A DNA stretch of 64,000 nt from Tricharina praecox. Lineage: Eukaryota. Of the stretch, positions 28,077 to 38,733 are shown in pieces; position 1 is the first letter of the stretch, and every line of letters starts with the position of its first letter. Made by a program: the position numbers and the translations under genes. The notes beneath the pieces were generated by a model. It searched no databases and had not been told where the DNA came from. It saw nothing but the letters and a program-made list of their open reading frames with translations. The DNA is taken from the NCBI RefSeq assembly GCF_024521635.1, contig NW_026250413.1:620001-684000 (forward strand), in the 5' to 3' direction.

Positions 28077-29760
28077 CGTGGCGGAAATGACCAGACGGGG
28101 AGAAAGGATATAAAGAAAGAGAAGAGGACAGCGAGTGAGATAGGAGAGAGAGAGAGAGGAAAAACACTGAGCAGCCGGCTGGTTGGTATAAGTGGAAAGC
28201 TACTAGTTAGTGCAACCGACCGAGGATCAGGGGTACTCCGTAAAATCGATGGCCGGCGTCAAGGATCGGAGATTCTACCGTGTTCGCTACGCGTGGGTGA
28301 AGTCGGTTGCCTCCTCTTTATCGTATGCGTATGCGCATCTGATATCATGAGCATAACTCTATGTGCTCTTTAGGACTTGCTTACCTGTGTATCCGCTATC
28401 TCCGTGAAGCACACAGAACTCGAATTCTCGCTCAATTGATGACACAAGCTGCGCGGAGTCGCATCAGCGCGAGGGTGACGCGGAGAGGCCAACTGAGCGA
28501 TGGGAGTGTGTAGGAGGAGGGAGAACTTTCGTCCTCTTGTACTCTATTTCTATTCCAGCTGTTTAGGTTGATAAACCTTTTCTGGTCAGCGATCTCGGCA
28601 ATTTTGTTTGCGTCACTTCGCGCCTAGCTGTCATTCCAGCAGCTTCCGACACGAAGACCTTTGCCGAACCGGCGTCAAAACAGCAAAAACTCCGGTCAAG
28701 CTTCAGAAAACGTTGAGACGAAGAACAAGAAGGACCGAGCCCTATGCTAAAGCTGATTGGTGCAAAGACTTTATGCGAGCTGCCATTTAAGCTTCCTTGG
28801 GCAGGGGTTTGGAGCCTTGGAGCCTTGGGAGCCTCCTTTGTGTACCACAGTAGCCTTGTCAGAGCCCTGCGCTGTGGAGTAGGTACGCTTCCGGTGGGGT
28901 AGCGAGGCTACGACTGGTGCACAACAGACGGGCAACTGCTGCAATTTATCCGCAGGCCGCAGAACGACGACGCGAGACCGCTGCACCGGCGCCCGAAGTA
29001 ACGATTGGCCGATTTGCGAATTGACAACAGCCAGACCCCACGGGCCCCCGCATCTGGCATCAAGGGAGTGACCGGTAAAGGTTCATCAGATAGCCGGGTC
29101 GGCGGCCGCCGGGGAACCAGGTTTGGTGTTTTGCAAAGCAGGCGAGTGACTACCGATGCTTTTACCGGCCACGGCACTCGGCGCGATGACAAATAGATGC
29201 TCTCTCTCGCTCTCTCTCTCGCTCTCTCATGAAGGCCGGACTTCCGAAGCCTTCTGAATTAAGCCGGTGAGAAGTGTTCCCCGGAGTCTGAAGCCCTCCC
29301 CGCATGTTCCGCCTGAACTCTAGGCCCTAGGATGAATCGTTTCTCCTCATCGGTGCCCTGGGTATCCTGGGTGCCCGCATCCGCCAATCCGCTGGATTCT
29401 GGAGGGCCTAAAATAGACATTTGAACGATGATTCGGTGACGTTGTTTGCAGAGACGCCTTACATCCTTACGTAAGTACCCTAGGTATTTGCAAAATATAT
29501 ATACCCCGTGTGAACACGCTCTTTCCCGGAAATTGCGGGGTGCAGCGCTCACCACATTCATGCCGTCTTGACTACAACTTCTACCGGCAGCGTGCGAAGA
29601 CTGCCCTGTCTGGTTTCCGACGCTCAACGAGTACTCTACATAGCCAGCAACTCTCCCGCGAGTGCGAAACGAGGCGAAGTGATCGCTATCATAGTCTGGA
29701 CGGGCTGAACACGAGTATGATGGTATGATGGAACAAAAAGAACGTTTCCTATGTCCATAT

Positions 29761-30567
29761 CCCTATGGTACAGGTAATGGGGTAGGGCCCGTTTTGTTGA
29801 ATGGGCACGCATTTAAATCGGCTCCCAATATTTTTTCTGGCTGTAATTAGCCTCTATTTGGCTGTGAAAAGGCTGTGAAAAGGCTGTATCCAGGCTTGAA
29901 AGATTAAAAAGGCTGTAAGGTATAAAGGGCGATACCTAGTACATACGGCTAGAAAAGGGCACAGTTGGTCAACTGGCGTTGATAATAAATGGCTTTTAGG
30001 AGTTCATATGGCTGACATTGAACAATTATACGAGTGCAATCTACTGCTTCAGATTGCTGTGATTCTAGCTACTGCTGCTCGCCCAATATATATCCTCCCG
30101 TCTGCGCCCAAGTAAACCGAACCCTGCTTGTCCCCGCTTGTCCCCCGCTTTCCCCCGCTCGCCGGCTTCCACCCCGTCATCTTAGCACACATTCAACATG
30201 ACCGGCGTGCTCAATAGACTGTCTGCTGGTATCCGCAGCGAGTCAGGCCTGATACTGTAGGAAGGCATAGGAGGAGAAGACGTACCGGTGGCAAGAGGGC
30301 CAGGTGCTGTTAGACAGCAAAGGAGGGCGAGGACAGAGTGCTATTAACGGCGATGACAGTGGGGTTTCCGCAGCGAAGCAAATGTGTAGGATAGCATAGG
30401 AGGATGATGCGTACCTGCTGTAAGAAGACCAGAAACTGTCAAAGAGCGAGCGGCGGCAAGGGGGAATACTGTAGGGCGGACTGATGGGGGAGCTGTAGCC
30501 TGTCAGCGAGAAGAGGAAGTGATGCAGGAGCTGTGGGTGCGAGCAGGGTGAAGTGATGGAATAGCTG

Positions 30568-30603
<36 letters not shown>

Positions 30604-31429
30604 ACGTGGAGGAGGAGATGTTCGCGGGAGAAGGAGTTGCGGCGGGAGAAGGAAGGGAAGGAGAAGCTGTATGCAAGAAGAGGAGCTGTCAGGGAGATGA
30701 AGAAGTGATGGAGGAGTTGTGGGCGAGGGGAGGAGAGAAGGAGGAGCTGTTGGCGAGATGAGGAAGTGATGGAAGAGCTGTCGGCGGGAGGAAGCGAATG
30801 TGGTTAGTATGTAGTGGACTACAACGTTGGTGGGCATGGCGGGGGGCATGGCGGGGTCGGCCGAATAAGGACAAAATGCTCCATTTATAAATCGAAGCCC
30901 ATTTTCACTCAGGCCGGAAGCTTAATGAGCGGGAAAGTTATCTTTTTATCAACGGATGCCCGAAGAGAGTGGTGGAAAGACATTGCATTTACTTCCAATG
31001 GCCAATTTACACCTCAACGCCAAATCTGGCCTTTGTCTATTCGTCACATTGAGTATTGACAGCCAAATTAGGTGAAAGAGCCCAATTTGAGTATTGTAAA
31101 CTGGCCGAAATTACCGCTAACCGCCCATTGACCAGGCTTCGCCCAATATGACCATCGCAAACTGGCCTGCAATTACTAACAACCGCCTATTGACTAGGCT
31201 TCGCCCAATTTGAATATTTTAAACTGGCCGCAATTACTACTAACCGCCTATTGACTCGGCTCCGCCCAAATAAACATGGCAACTTGTGCCCTATGAGGAA
31301 AAAAGGCCAATTTACTGGCAGAAGCCTGAATTACCAGTGCAAATGAGCCGCACTTTGTGCTAATAGCCAGTTTACATGCAGACTCGCATTCAACTAAAGG
31401 GGCCTCGTCCTATTCCCTGTACCCGAGGG
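29761..31429. mobile_element. Non-autonomous DNA transposon with ~63-bp imperfect TIRs (CCCT...AGGG) and 3-bp TAT target-site duplication
   Basis: Left end CCCTATGGTACAGGTAATGGGGTAGGGCCCGTTTTGTTGAATG versus reverse complement of right end CCCTCGGGTACAGGGAATAGGACGAGGCCCCTTTAGTTGAATG: 33/43 identical, with similarity continuing through GCAT.TAAA..GGCT. TAT flanks both ends (29758-29760 and 31430-31432). No transposase ORF. Confidence 0.75.
31080..31270 (+). repeat. Three ~61-bp diverged tandem repeats, subterminal in the TIR element
   Basis: Units start GCCCAAT at about 31080, 31141 and 31203. Each contains AAACTGGCC..AATTAC..AACCGCC.ATTGAC..GGCT.C. Confidence 0.9.
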
Positions 31430-32008
31430 TATGCGTTACGGCACCTGTGGAACTGAAGTGAACTCACGCTTAGCCTTCTGCCGTGGCACCTTGATCTGAT
31501 CTGATGTGACGGGGCGAGATTCGAGAAGCTGCAGCTGTTGAGTGGTAATCACTTGAAACGTGTTTCGTCGAGGTGCTATTCTACCTGATTTTAGCAGCTA
31601 CGACTGCTCAGTGCTTATTCGAACGGCACGGCATCACTCGCCTACTAGCAATCACTCGTTCCAAGTTCCAAGTTCCAAGTTCCAACGCACGACTCTCTCA
31701 CTGTTCATACAAAAAATAATATAGTGCTGCATTCCGCACGATAGGAAGCTCCGCACCTTGAGCGGAATTGCGGGTGCCAATACACTACACTACACTAGGT
31801 ACCTACACTACATTACAGACCCAATTAAACCCATTAAAGCAACCCAACAACACCATCCGCTGGCTGGAGGGGAGATGATCCACATATCCCCTCCAGCATG
31901 AATAACCAAACCAACCAAACCACACATGCACCGTACATTGCATAAAACCAAAAACCAAAAACCAAAAACTCCTTAGAACACTGCACACAGCACACAGCAC
32001 GCGCCCTC

Positions 32009-33126
32009 TCACTTAATCTCAAACCCCTTACTGGCGCAATCCGCAATGCCACTCTTGATGAGATAACTCAGATGGGCGGCGATATTCGTGGAGATGAGTC
32101 CGTTGGCGGCAGTATTCCCTCCAAAATTGACGTATCCATTGAGGATATTGATTCCCACGGCGCCAGCCCCATCGCGGGCGATATGGTACTCCGGGCTGAC
32201 ATGTTGGTAGCCCATGAGCATGAGGGGTAGGCGGGGGACAGGGTCGTCGAGATGCGTGACGCGGTAGTTCTTGCCCGCGGTCTGCTCGGACATAAATTTG
32301 CACAGCTTGTCGTTGCCGAGCCGCGGCGAGCCGTACGTGTACGTCGTGACCTCGTAGCCGCGGATGCGCAGGTCCGTCGCCGCGATCTGCGCGAGCGCGC
32401 CGCCGAGGGAGTGCCCCGTCGCGACTATGCGGTAGCTGGGGTTCTCGCGCTTGAGCCGGATCAGTGTGGATAGGATGATTGATGCCTCGTCCAGGTACGC
32501 GCTGTAGAAGCCTTGGTGGATCTTGCAGCCTGCACACCATGGCAGCGTTCGCTGGTCCGCCGCCAGGTTCGTGAGCCAGTTGCGCACGCTGTGTGAGCCC
32601 CGGAAGGCAAGGACTATGGATTTGGTGGTTTTGTCGAGGGCGATGATGCCCGTCGTGTCCGCATAGCCTCTGCCATCATGCGTTAGTGGCCGTCCAGGGA
32701 AGGAGGAGGGCCAGACTTACTCGGCGAACTCGAGGATCGTTGTCACGGAGTTTTTGGTGATCGTTGGGCAGATATTGTTGGGGCACATGACCTCCGTTCC
32801 CGGGACATGATTGGGATCGCAATATGCCGCCGCAGAGAACTCTGCGAAATACAGAAGATCCGGCATCAAACTGGGAGAGAGCGCTGGTGAAGATTAGAGC
32901 ATGTTCCTTTGAGGGTGTGAAGGAGGAGGAGGAGGGAAGTGAGTGACGTACTGCCGCTTGGTTTGGCGGGGAATAAGGCATTCTTGGCCTTGTCGATAAC
33001 ATTGTCAGCGTGACCTTTGATGTCGTTCCACAGTCCTCCGATGCTGAAGGGCTCCGGCACGGGACGAGCGGTGGAGAAGCCAATCACGCACAGGAGTGGC
33101 AATGCGAGATATTGAGTGGACACCAT
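32009..33126 (-). CDS. Secreted class 3 lipase (triacylglycerol lipase / feruloyl esterase-like)
   Basis: Signal peptide MVSTQYLALPLLCVIGFSTA, FAEFSAAAYC, LAFRGSHSVRNW, IHQGFY, catalytic GHSLG, YTYGSPRLGN and RVTHLDDPVPRLP. Two introns. Confidence 0.95.
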
Positions 33127-33831
33127 CTTTGCGATCCCACGCAAACGAACGCGTATATAAAACTGAAGAAACGAATGAATGGCACACCCAGCTGAGAGGG
33201 TTGAGAGAATGACTGCGGCAGAGAGATCAATGGGGGACACTCATACCGGACGGCTAACTAGACGACGCTGACTGCCGGAGGGACAGCGGGAGATGCAGTA
33301 CTTAAGATGCTCCCCGCTGCCGGCCGTCAGGCAGGTATCCACCAGCCTCCGCATGAACGCCCCTCCCCTCGCTCAAGCGCTCCATCCGTTGTTGGACGCG
33401 GCACATTCCTGAGGGACCATCTCCACAGAGAGCCCTCCGCGCAAGCAATCAGAACCACCTTCCCCCTGAGTTGATGGCATGTGGAGAGTGCAAGTGGGGA
33501 CAGATGAGTATCCTACGGCATGCAGGGAAGAAAAATGGTAAAAGCAGGTACGGGGTGCGCAGGGCCCAGAATGCGAACGGTGTGCTGTGAGAGGTCGCTG
33601 GAGTTTCGGTGATTTATGCGAGAGTGAGACAGTGCGCCTATCAGAGGGCGCAGGTACCAGCCGCACGGACCAGGCCGAGCTTGAACCCTGCAAAACGTGG
33701 GGAAGGCGCCTACCTCACCCATTCCCTCTGCCCCACCATTGGCTCGAAGATCCTCCCTCGCCCTACTGCAATTTATACAGCCCCCCCAATCACTGTGCTC
33801 CCGCCCCGCTCACCGATACAGATACAGATTC

Positions 33832-34569
33832 ATGACTCCAGCCTGCCCAGCTGCCACCACCACCACCACCACTACTACGGGCACAACCATCCCCTCGACG
33901 CGAACCCTCCTATCCTCCCTTATCTCGCAACTATCCGATGCCACCGCAACCCTCACCCCTCCTCCACCGCCAGCCGCAGAGCTCCCGGATAGCGGAGGCA
34001 GGGGCGGCGGCAGCCTGCTCTCCAGCCTCCCACCCAGCACGCAGCAGATCCTGCTAACGCTCCACTGCCTGCTCCCCTCGGCGCTGCTCCCAGCCCTGGA
34101 CCTTCTCGACCGCGGCCTAGTAACACAATACACCCTCGCCGCACCAGCGCCCCAGCAACAGCAACAGCAACAGCAACAGCACACCTACTACGTCCACTCC
34201 TCGGCGCCCAGCCTCGCCAGCGACCCGCGGAAGTTCCACAGCAGCAGCAGCAGCAGCAGCGCCGTAGCGCGCTACGAAGTGCGCACGCAGGCGTGGAACT
34301 GCACGTGCGCGAGCTTTGCGTTTGCGGCGTCCAAAACTGCGTCCAAAACTGCGTCCAAGGCGACGGCGGAGGCCGAGGGTGCGGGTGCGGATGGGCACCG
34401 GAGTCGAGCGGCCATCTGGGGTGGGTACAGTATGGGCGAGGTGATGCCGGTGTGTAAACACTTGCTGGCGTGCGTGCTGGCGGAAAATTGTACGGTTTTT
34501 GCGGGGGAGGTGGATAGGCAGCAGGTTGATCAGATGAGGTTGGCGGAGTTGGCCGTGCTGTGGGATTGA
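33832..34569 (+). CDS. SWIM zinc-finger protein (Sws1/ZSWIM7-like)
   Basis: Single exon with LLTLHCLLP..LLPALDLLDRGLV and SWIM motif WNCTCASFAF...VCKHLLAC. The Shu-complex assignment is inferred. Confidence 0.8.
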   Translation: MTPACPAATTTTTTTTGTTIPSTRTLLSSLISQLSDATATLTPPPPPAAELPDSGGRGGGSLLSSLPPSTQQILLTLHCLLPSALLPALDLLDRGLVTQYTLAAPAPQQQQQQQQQHTYYVHSSAPSLASDPRKFHSSSSSSSAVARYEVRTQAWNCTCASFAFAASKTASKTASKATAEAEGAGADGHRSRAAIWGGYSMGEVMPVCKHLLACVLAENCTVFAGEVDRQQVDQMRLAELAVLWD

Positions 34570-36975
34570 ACTTTGAACTTGAAGGCATAAGGAAGGAAGG
34601 AAGGAAGGAAGGTGGTGGAGGTAGGTTGCGTTTGTGGAGGGGCGGTGGTTCGTGTCGAGATCCACATGCGGTGTGCATGGGTATACGGTACCTACTCTAT
34701 CACATTCACATTCACATCGTGACATTTCACATGTTTGTCTGGCCTTCTCTCCTTCTCTCCCACCCCTTCCCAGCCTTGCCATTTTCCATTTGTCATTTGT
34801 CAATTCTCCATTCGCCTCCTCGATTGGACGGACAAAATGTATTTATACCCACCACCACGGGCATTCCGAATGAGGATCCTTCGCTTCAATGGCCGATTGT
34901 CACACGGTGTACTCTACATATGTATGTATTGCCGAAAAAAAGGGCTGAGGTTTTCAACTCATATCGCTTGCGAACCTACCCCGAGATCCCCACGACGCTC
35001 TGGCCAATCGGATCGACGCGCCTGGGTGGATAATTGTATCTTCATCCTGGAGAACCCTCGGGCGGTTTAATCTAGGCAGGCGGGCTCGCAATACGGGTCG
35101 GGACTCGGGAAGTGGGGAACTCAGGGGTTGGGGACAGTGTAGCGAGTGATATTATGTGATCAGACATTCATTGGATATGAATTGTCTTCGGTTCCGCCGT
35201 TACACCATTCCACCGTGCTACACGAAAAGAAACAGTTATTGGATGTTACTGCTCCCATGGATGCATCGTATTGCTCGCACCTGGCAGAATAAGATGGGAG
35301 TATGACAGGTCTAGATACTGGACACTACGAGTACAACTGAGCGTGGTGTCAGTTGCGGTTGATAGTCGTAGTAGGTTTCGGCGAACTGCACCTCATATGA
35401 GATCATGATGTTGGAAACGCTGGATATCACTCTCCCTCCGTGAACATGGAAACAAAAAATGGGACATTTCTCTCGAGTCTCGGTGTGATGGCGAAAGTGC
35501 GGTCGAGATTGTGGCAACGAAGCCGTCGGCAACGCCAACCTGCAGGGCTTGTCAATAATTTACCAATTCTTCCACTTATGCCCTAAAGATTACCGCAGGA
35601 GATCCAGAGATTGTGGCGAGCGAATGGTGCTTTCGGCTGGACTTCGGAGATCGACGCCGTACAGTGCATAGGCGAGGTCCGATCTACCTACCTATGATCA
35701 CCGTCATAAAAGCTCGGGGATTCCGACTGGTCGGGCTGTATTGATGGTTCGGGGTAGGTAGAGTACCGGTACCTATCCGTGAGCTGTCGCCGTGTGGCTG
35801 TGGCCGTGGCCGCACTGGCTGAGACTGTAGGGCTTGATTTAACTAGCGGTGTCTACCCACGCGGTTGCTGCTACATAGCAGTCAGTCCCTCGCCTAGGAC
35901 GAGACCATAACCATAACCATATCCAGTCCAGTCCAGTCCAGCCGCGTCCAACGGTTCAACATCTCCGGGCTGGCCAGCGAGCGGACAACTGAAATGTCCG
36001 GGCCGGGCCAGGAATGTATACCTTGGCATCGGCATGCCGACACTCTGTGTGGGAAAGCGGGTAACCATCACGGACTGGCATGTGCGATAGGTAGAGTAAT
36101 GTCGAATGCCTTTGGCTTTGGCAGAGCATTCACGCACTCTCGGCGGCGGTGCGACGGTCTCGCCAGCTATCAGTCTGGGACCGCCCCGTTGGGTACCGCG
36201 GCCGTTCTTCTTTCCGACCGGATCCTATGTTGCAGGCCGGTCTGTAACGTCGCAATCAAATACAGACCACATTCCCTGGCAGGATATCCACTTTGTTTCC
36301 GTCCCCGCCCAGCCCGCAGTCACGTGGGACCTCGCCTCGCCTCGCCCTGGGATCCACGGGTCGGATCAATGCTGGATCTACCAGATAGATAGATATATAT
36401 TCTTATCTCGGAGCTCTCGATCGGTAAAAACCAGGTGCCAGCTCGGTGTTTCCAGTGGAGTGGAGTTGGGCGCGCGCGGGCGGATGCACTTGCCGTCGGA
36501 ATCCACCCACTTCGACTGAGACCCACTTCTCTGCGTCCATGTAGGTAGAGTAGACTGCGCATGTACAACGCAAGACAAGTATATGTATGAGGTATGAGGT
36601 ATGTACGCCCGGGCTCCCGAGGTCACGATCGCTCCGCTTGTAGCCGTCGAGGGAAACTCACTCACTCGCGGCCGCGCTGCACTCGCTCAACCCTTGAACC
36701 ACCACCACTGCAACTCAACTGCAACTGCAGTATGTAACCAGCCTCCCACCAACAACGCACACCACACGATGGCGGCGGCCGTGTGGAGCTGCCGCAACTG
36801 GACCCGGCTCCTGATTAAATCCGCCCCCCGAGATTTGAGCGAACGAACGGAGGAAGAGGAGGGACGCCCCCGTGTCTTTCGGTGGGATAGGAATTCGTAC
36901 ATAGTACCTGCGATATAAAACGGAACATTCGATTGGAGCGCGGCGCGATGTGTTTTACGTAGGAAGATCCGAGAT

Positions 36976-37226
36976 GAAGAAGAAGAAAGAAAGAAAGAAA
37001 GAAAGAAAAAGAAAGAAAGAAAGAAAGAAAGAAAGAGAGAAAAGAAGAAAGAAAAGAAAGAAAGAAGAAAGAAGAAAGAAGAAAGAAACAAAGCCTCATT
37101 TTGGAGTTGGTTGGTTGGTTGGCCTATCAATCCTAGAGCGGTCCACCTACATACCTGCCTGCCTGCCTACCTGCCTGCCTCCTTCTTTCCTTCTTTCCTT
37201 CCTTCCTTCCTTCCTTCCTTCCTTCC
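36976..37226 (+). repeat. Purine (GAAA/GAA)n tract followed by CCTG/CCTA and pyrimidine (TTCC)n tracts
   Basis: About 110 nt of essentially pure A/G at 36976-37088, then TTCC/CTTT repeats at about 37180-37226. Confidence 0.9.
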
Positions 37227-38122
37227 TACTGTTTCGGTCCCGATCGTCCGGTGCAGCTGTGCCGTGACATAGTTGCCTTCCTACCGACTCTAACTACTGG
37301 CTTATGTGAGGATCCTTCTTACGCTGGGGAAAACGCTGCTGAGTACACACCTACTATACCTACATCTCTACTAGTATAATCGCCGTCGAGTATGTACGCA
37401 TGACGATGCGTCCTCGTCCGTTCGTCGTTCGTCGTTCGTCCGCCCTGGCCGAGAAACGCGCCACCACCGCTGTTTTCCTACCATGGGTTTCCTGGCAATG
37501 GGCAAGTCGCACTGCACTGCACAGTGGCTCCTACCTATTGCCCGAGCTCCACTGTAATCGGGCAATACATAGGAGCCAGCCAGTGTGTGGGGGGCAATGG
37601 GCGAAGGCACGTCAAGCACGGAACCCGCCCCAATTGGACAAATGCGGGATGGAAATCTTGGTCACTGCGTCCCGAGCATGGGGATGCGTGCACTGCTGCG
37701 TCGCCACAACAATGCAAAACCCTAACTCGTGTCTAGCTCGTGTCGATGTTATGGATGTATGGATATAACCCCGCCCTATTTCACATCTTGCGTCTCCCTC
37801 CCTCCCTTGCATCGAGAGAGAGTCAGCGTGGGTGTTCGTCGCTATCCTGAGTTCTTACCTCCTCGTTCTATGTACTCCTCCTCCGCCTGCTAGAGCTGCA
37901 AAGAAGAGCTATGGCTGACTGACATCTGCTTTAGCGCGCATCGTTTGCAGATACATCGCATTGAGGCTGGGCTGGGCACTGGTGGTGGTGGCAGCATGAT
38001 CACTTCTATGTGGGTTGTGATGGGCGCCAGCAGTACGCTAGGGAGCTTGCAATATTGCTTGTTCCCGAGAGCAACTTCGGAACACTCATCGCAAACTCCT
38101 CTTCCACTCTGAGTCGGATCCT

Positions 38123-38148
38123 GGGGGGGGGGGGGGGGGGGGGGGGGG
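38123..38148 (+). repeat. G homopolymer (26 nt)
   Basis: Directly visible. Confidence 0.9.
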
Positions 38149-38733
38149 AGGATGAGGGATCTGCTGGCCATCATAGCTATCATCATAGACCGTAGATGCC
38201 GTAAGGCTGTTCCCCTCCGCAGGCTGTACCTTCCTGAACCGCCCAGTGACATCCGAGATCTTCTGCTGCGGTTATCAGTCTGGCAGGAGAGCAACTGCAG
38301 GGAACTCTCCGCACTCTTCGGTTCTGCTGTCCGAGCGACTGCATGGCCACCTACTTACCTACCTGCCTGCCTACCTACCTACCTACCTACCAACAGTGCC
38401 GCGAGGTATGTAGGTACATAGAATACCCAGGCAAGTAGCTGCCCGTAGACATATATATCCCCGAGTGGGTCCGCCCCTGCGCACATCCCTCTCGCTCGCA
38501 CGGCATTCACGACACCCCATTGCAACTGAACCCGAGCTTGCGTGTGTTTCCGAGAAGCAAAAAAACACTTTCTTGGGAGCTTCGGATTTTCCATCAATCG
38601 GAGGAGACGACACGGCTGCAGGCTGCAACCAATCGAAACTCTCCCCGGCGGAGCAGCAGCAGCAGCAGCAGCAGAACCTAAGTTACTGGATATATCGGAG
38701 CTCATCGAAGTCGATATATATCAACAACCCGCC

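Noticed and set aside
29330-29710. Possible frameshifted remnant of a small secreted protein (MNRF/LLIGALGILG/ASANPLD, GTAAGT donor)
   Set aside because: It needs several assumed frameshifts and has no family signature; too speculative without homologues.
31080-31270. Regularly spaced repeats resembling a CRISPR array
   Set aside because: Whole units are homologous with no unique spacers, there are no cas genes, and the context is eukaryotic.
37890-38345. Minus-strand Cys-containing ORF fragments (CDECSEVAL / EECGEFPAVAL)
   Set aside because: No consistent start, splice or frame model. The poly-Pro is only the G26 run.
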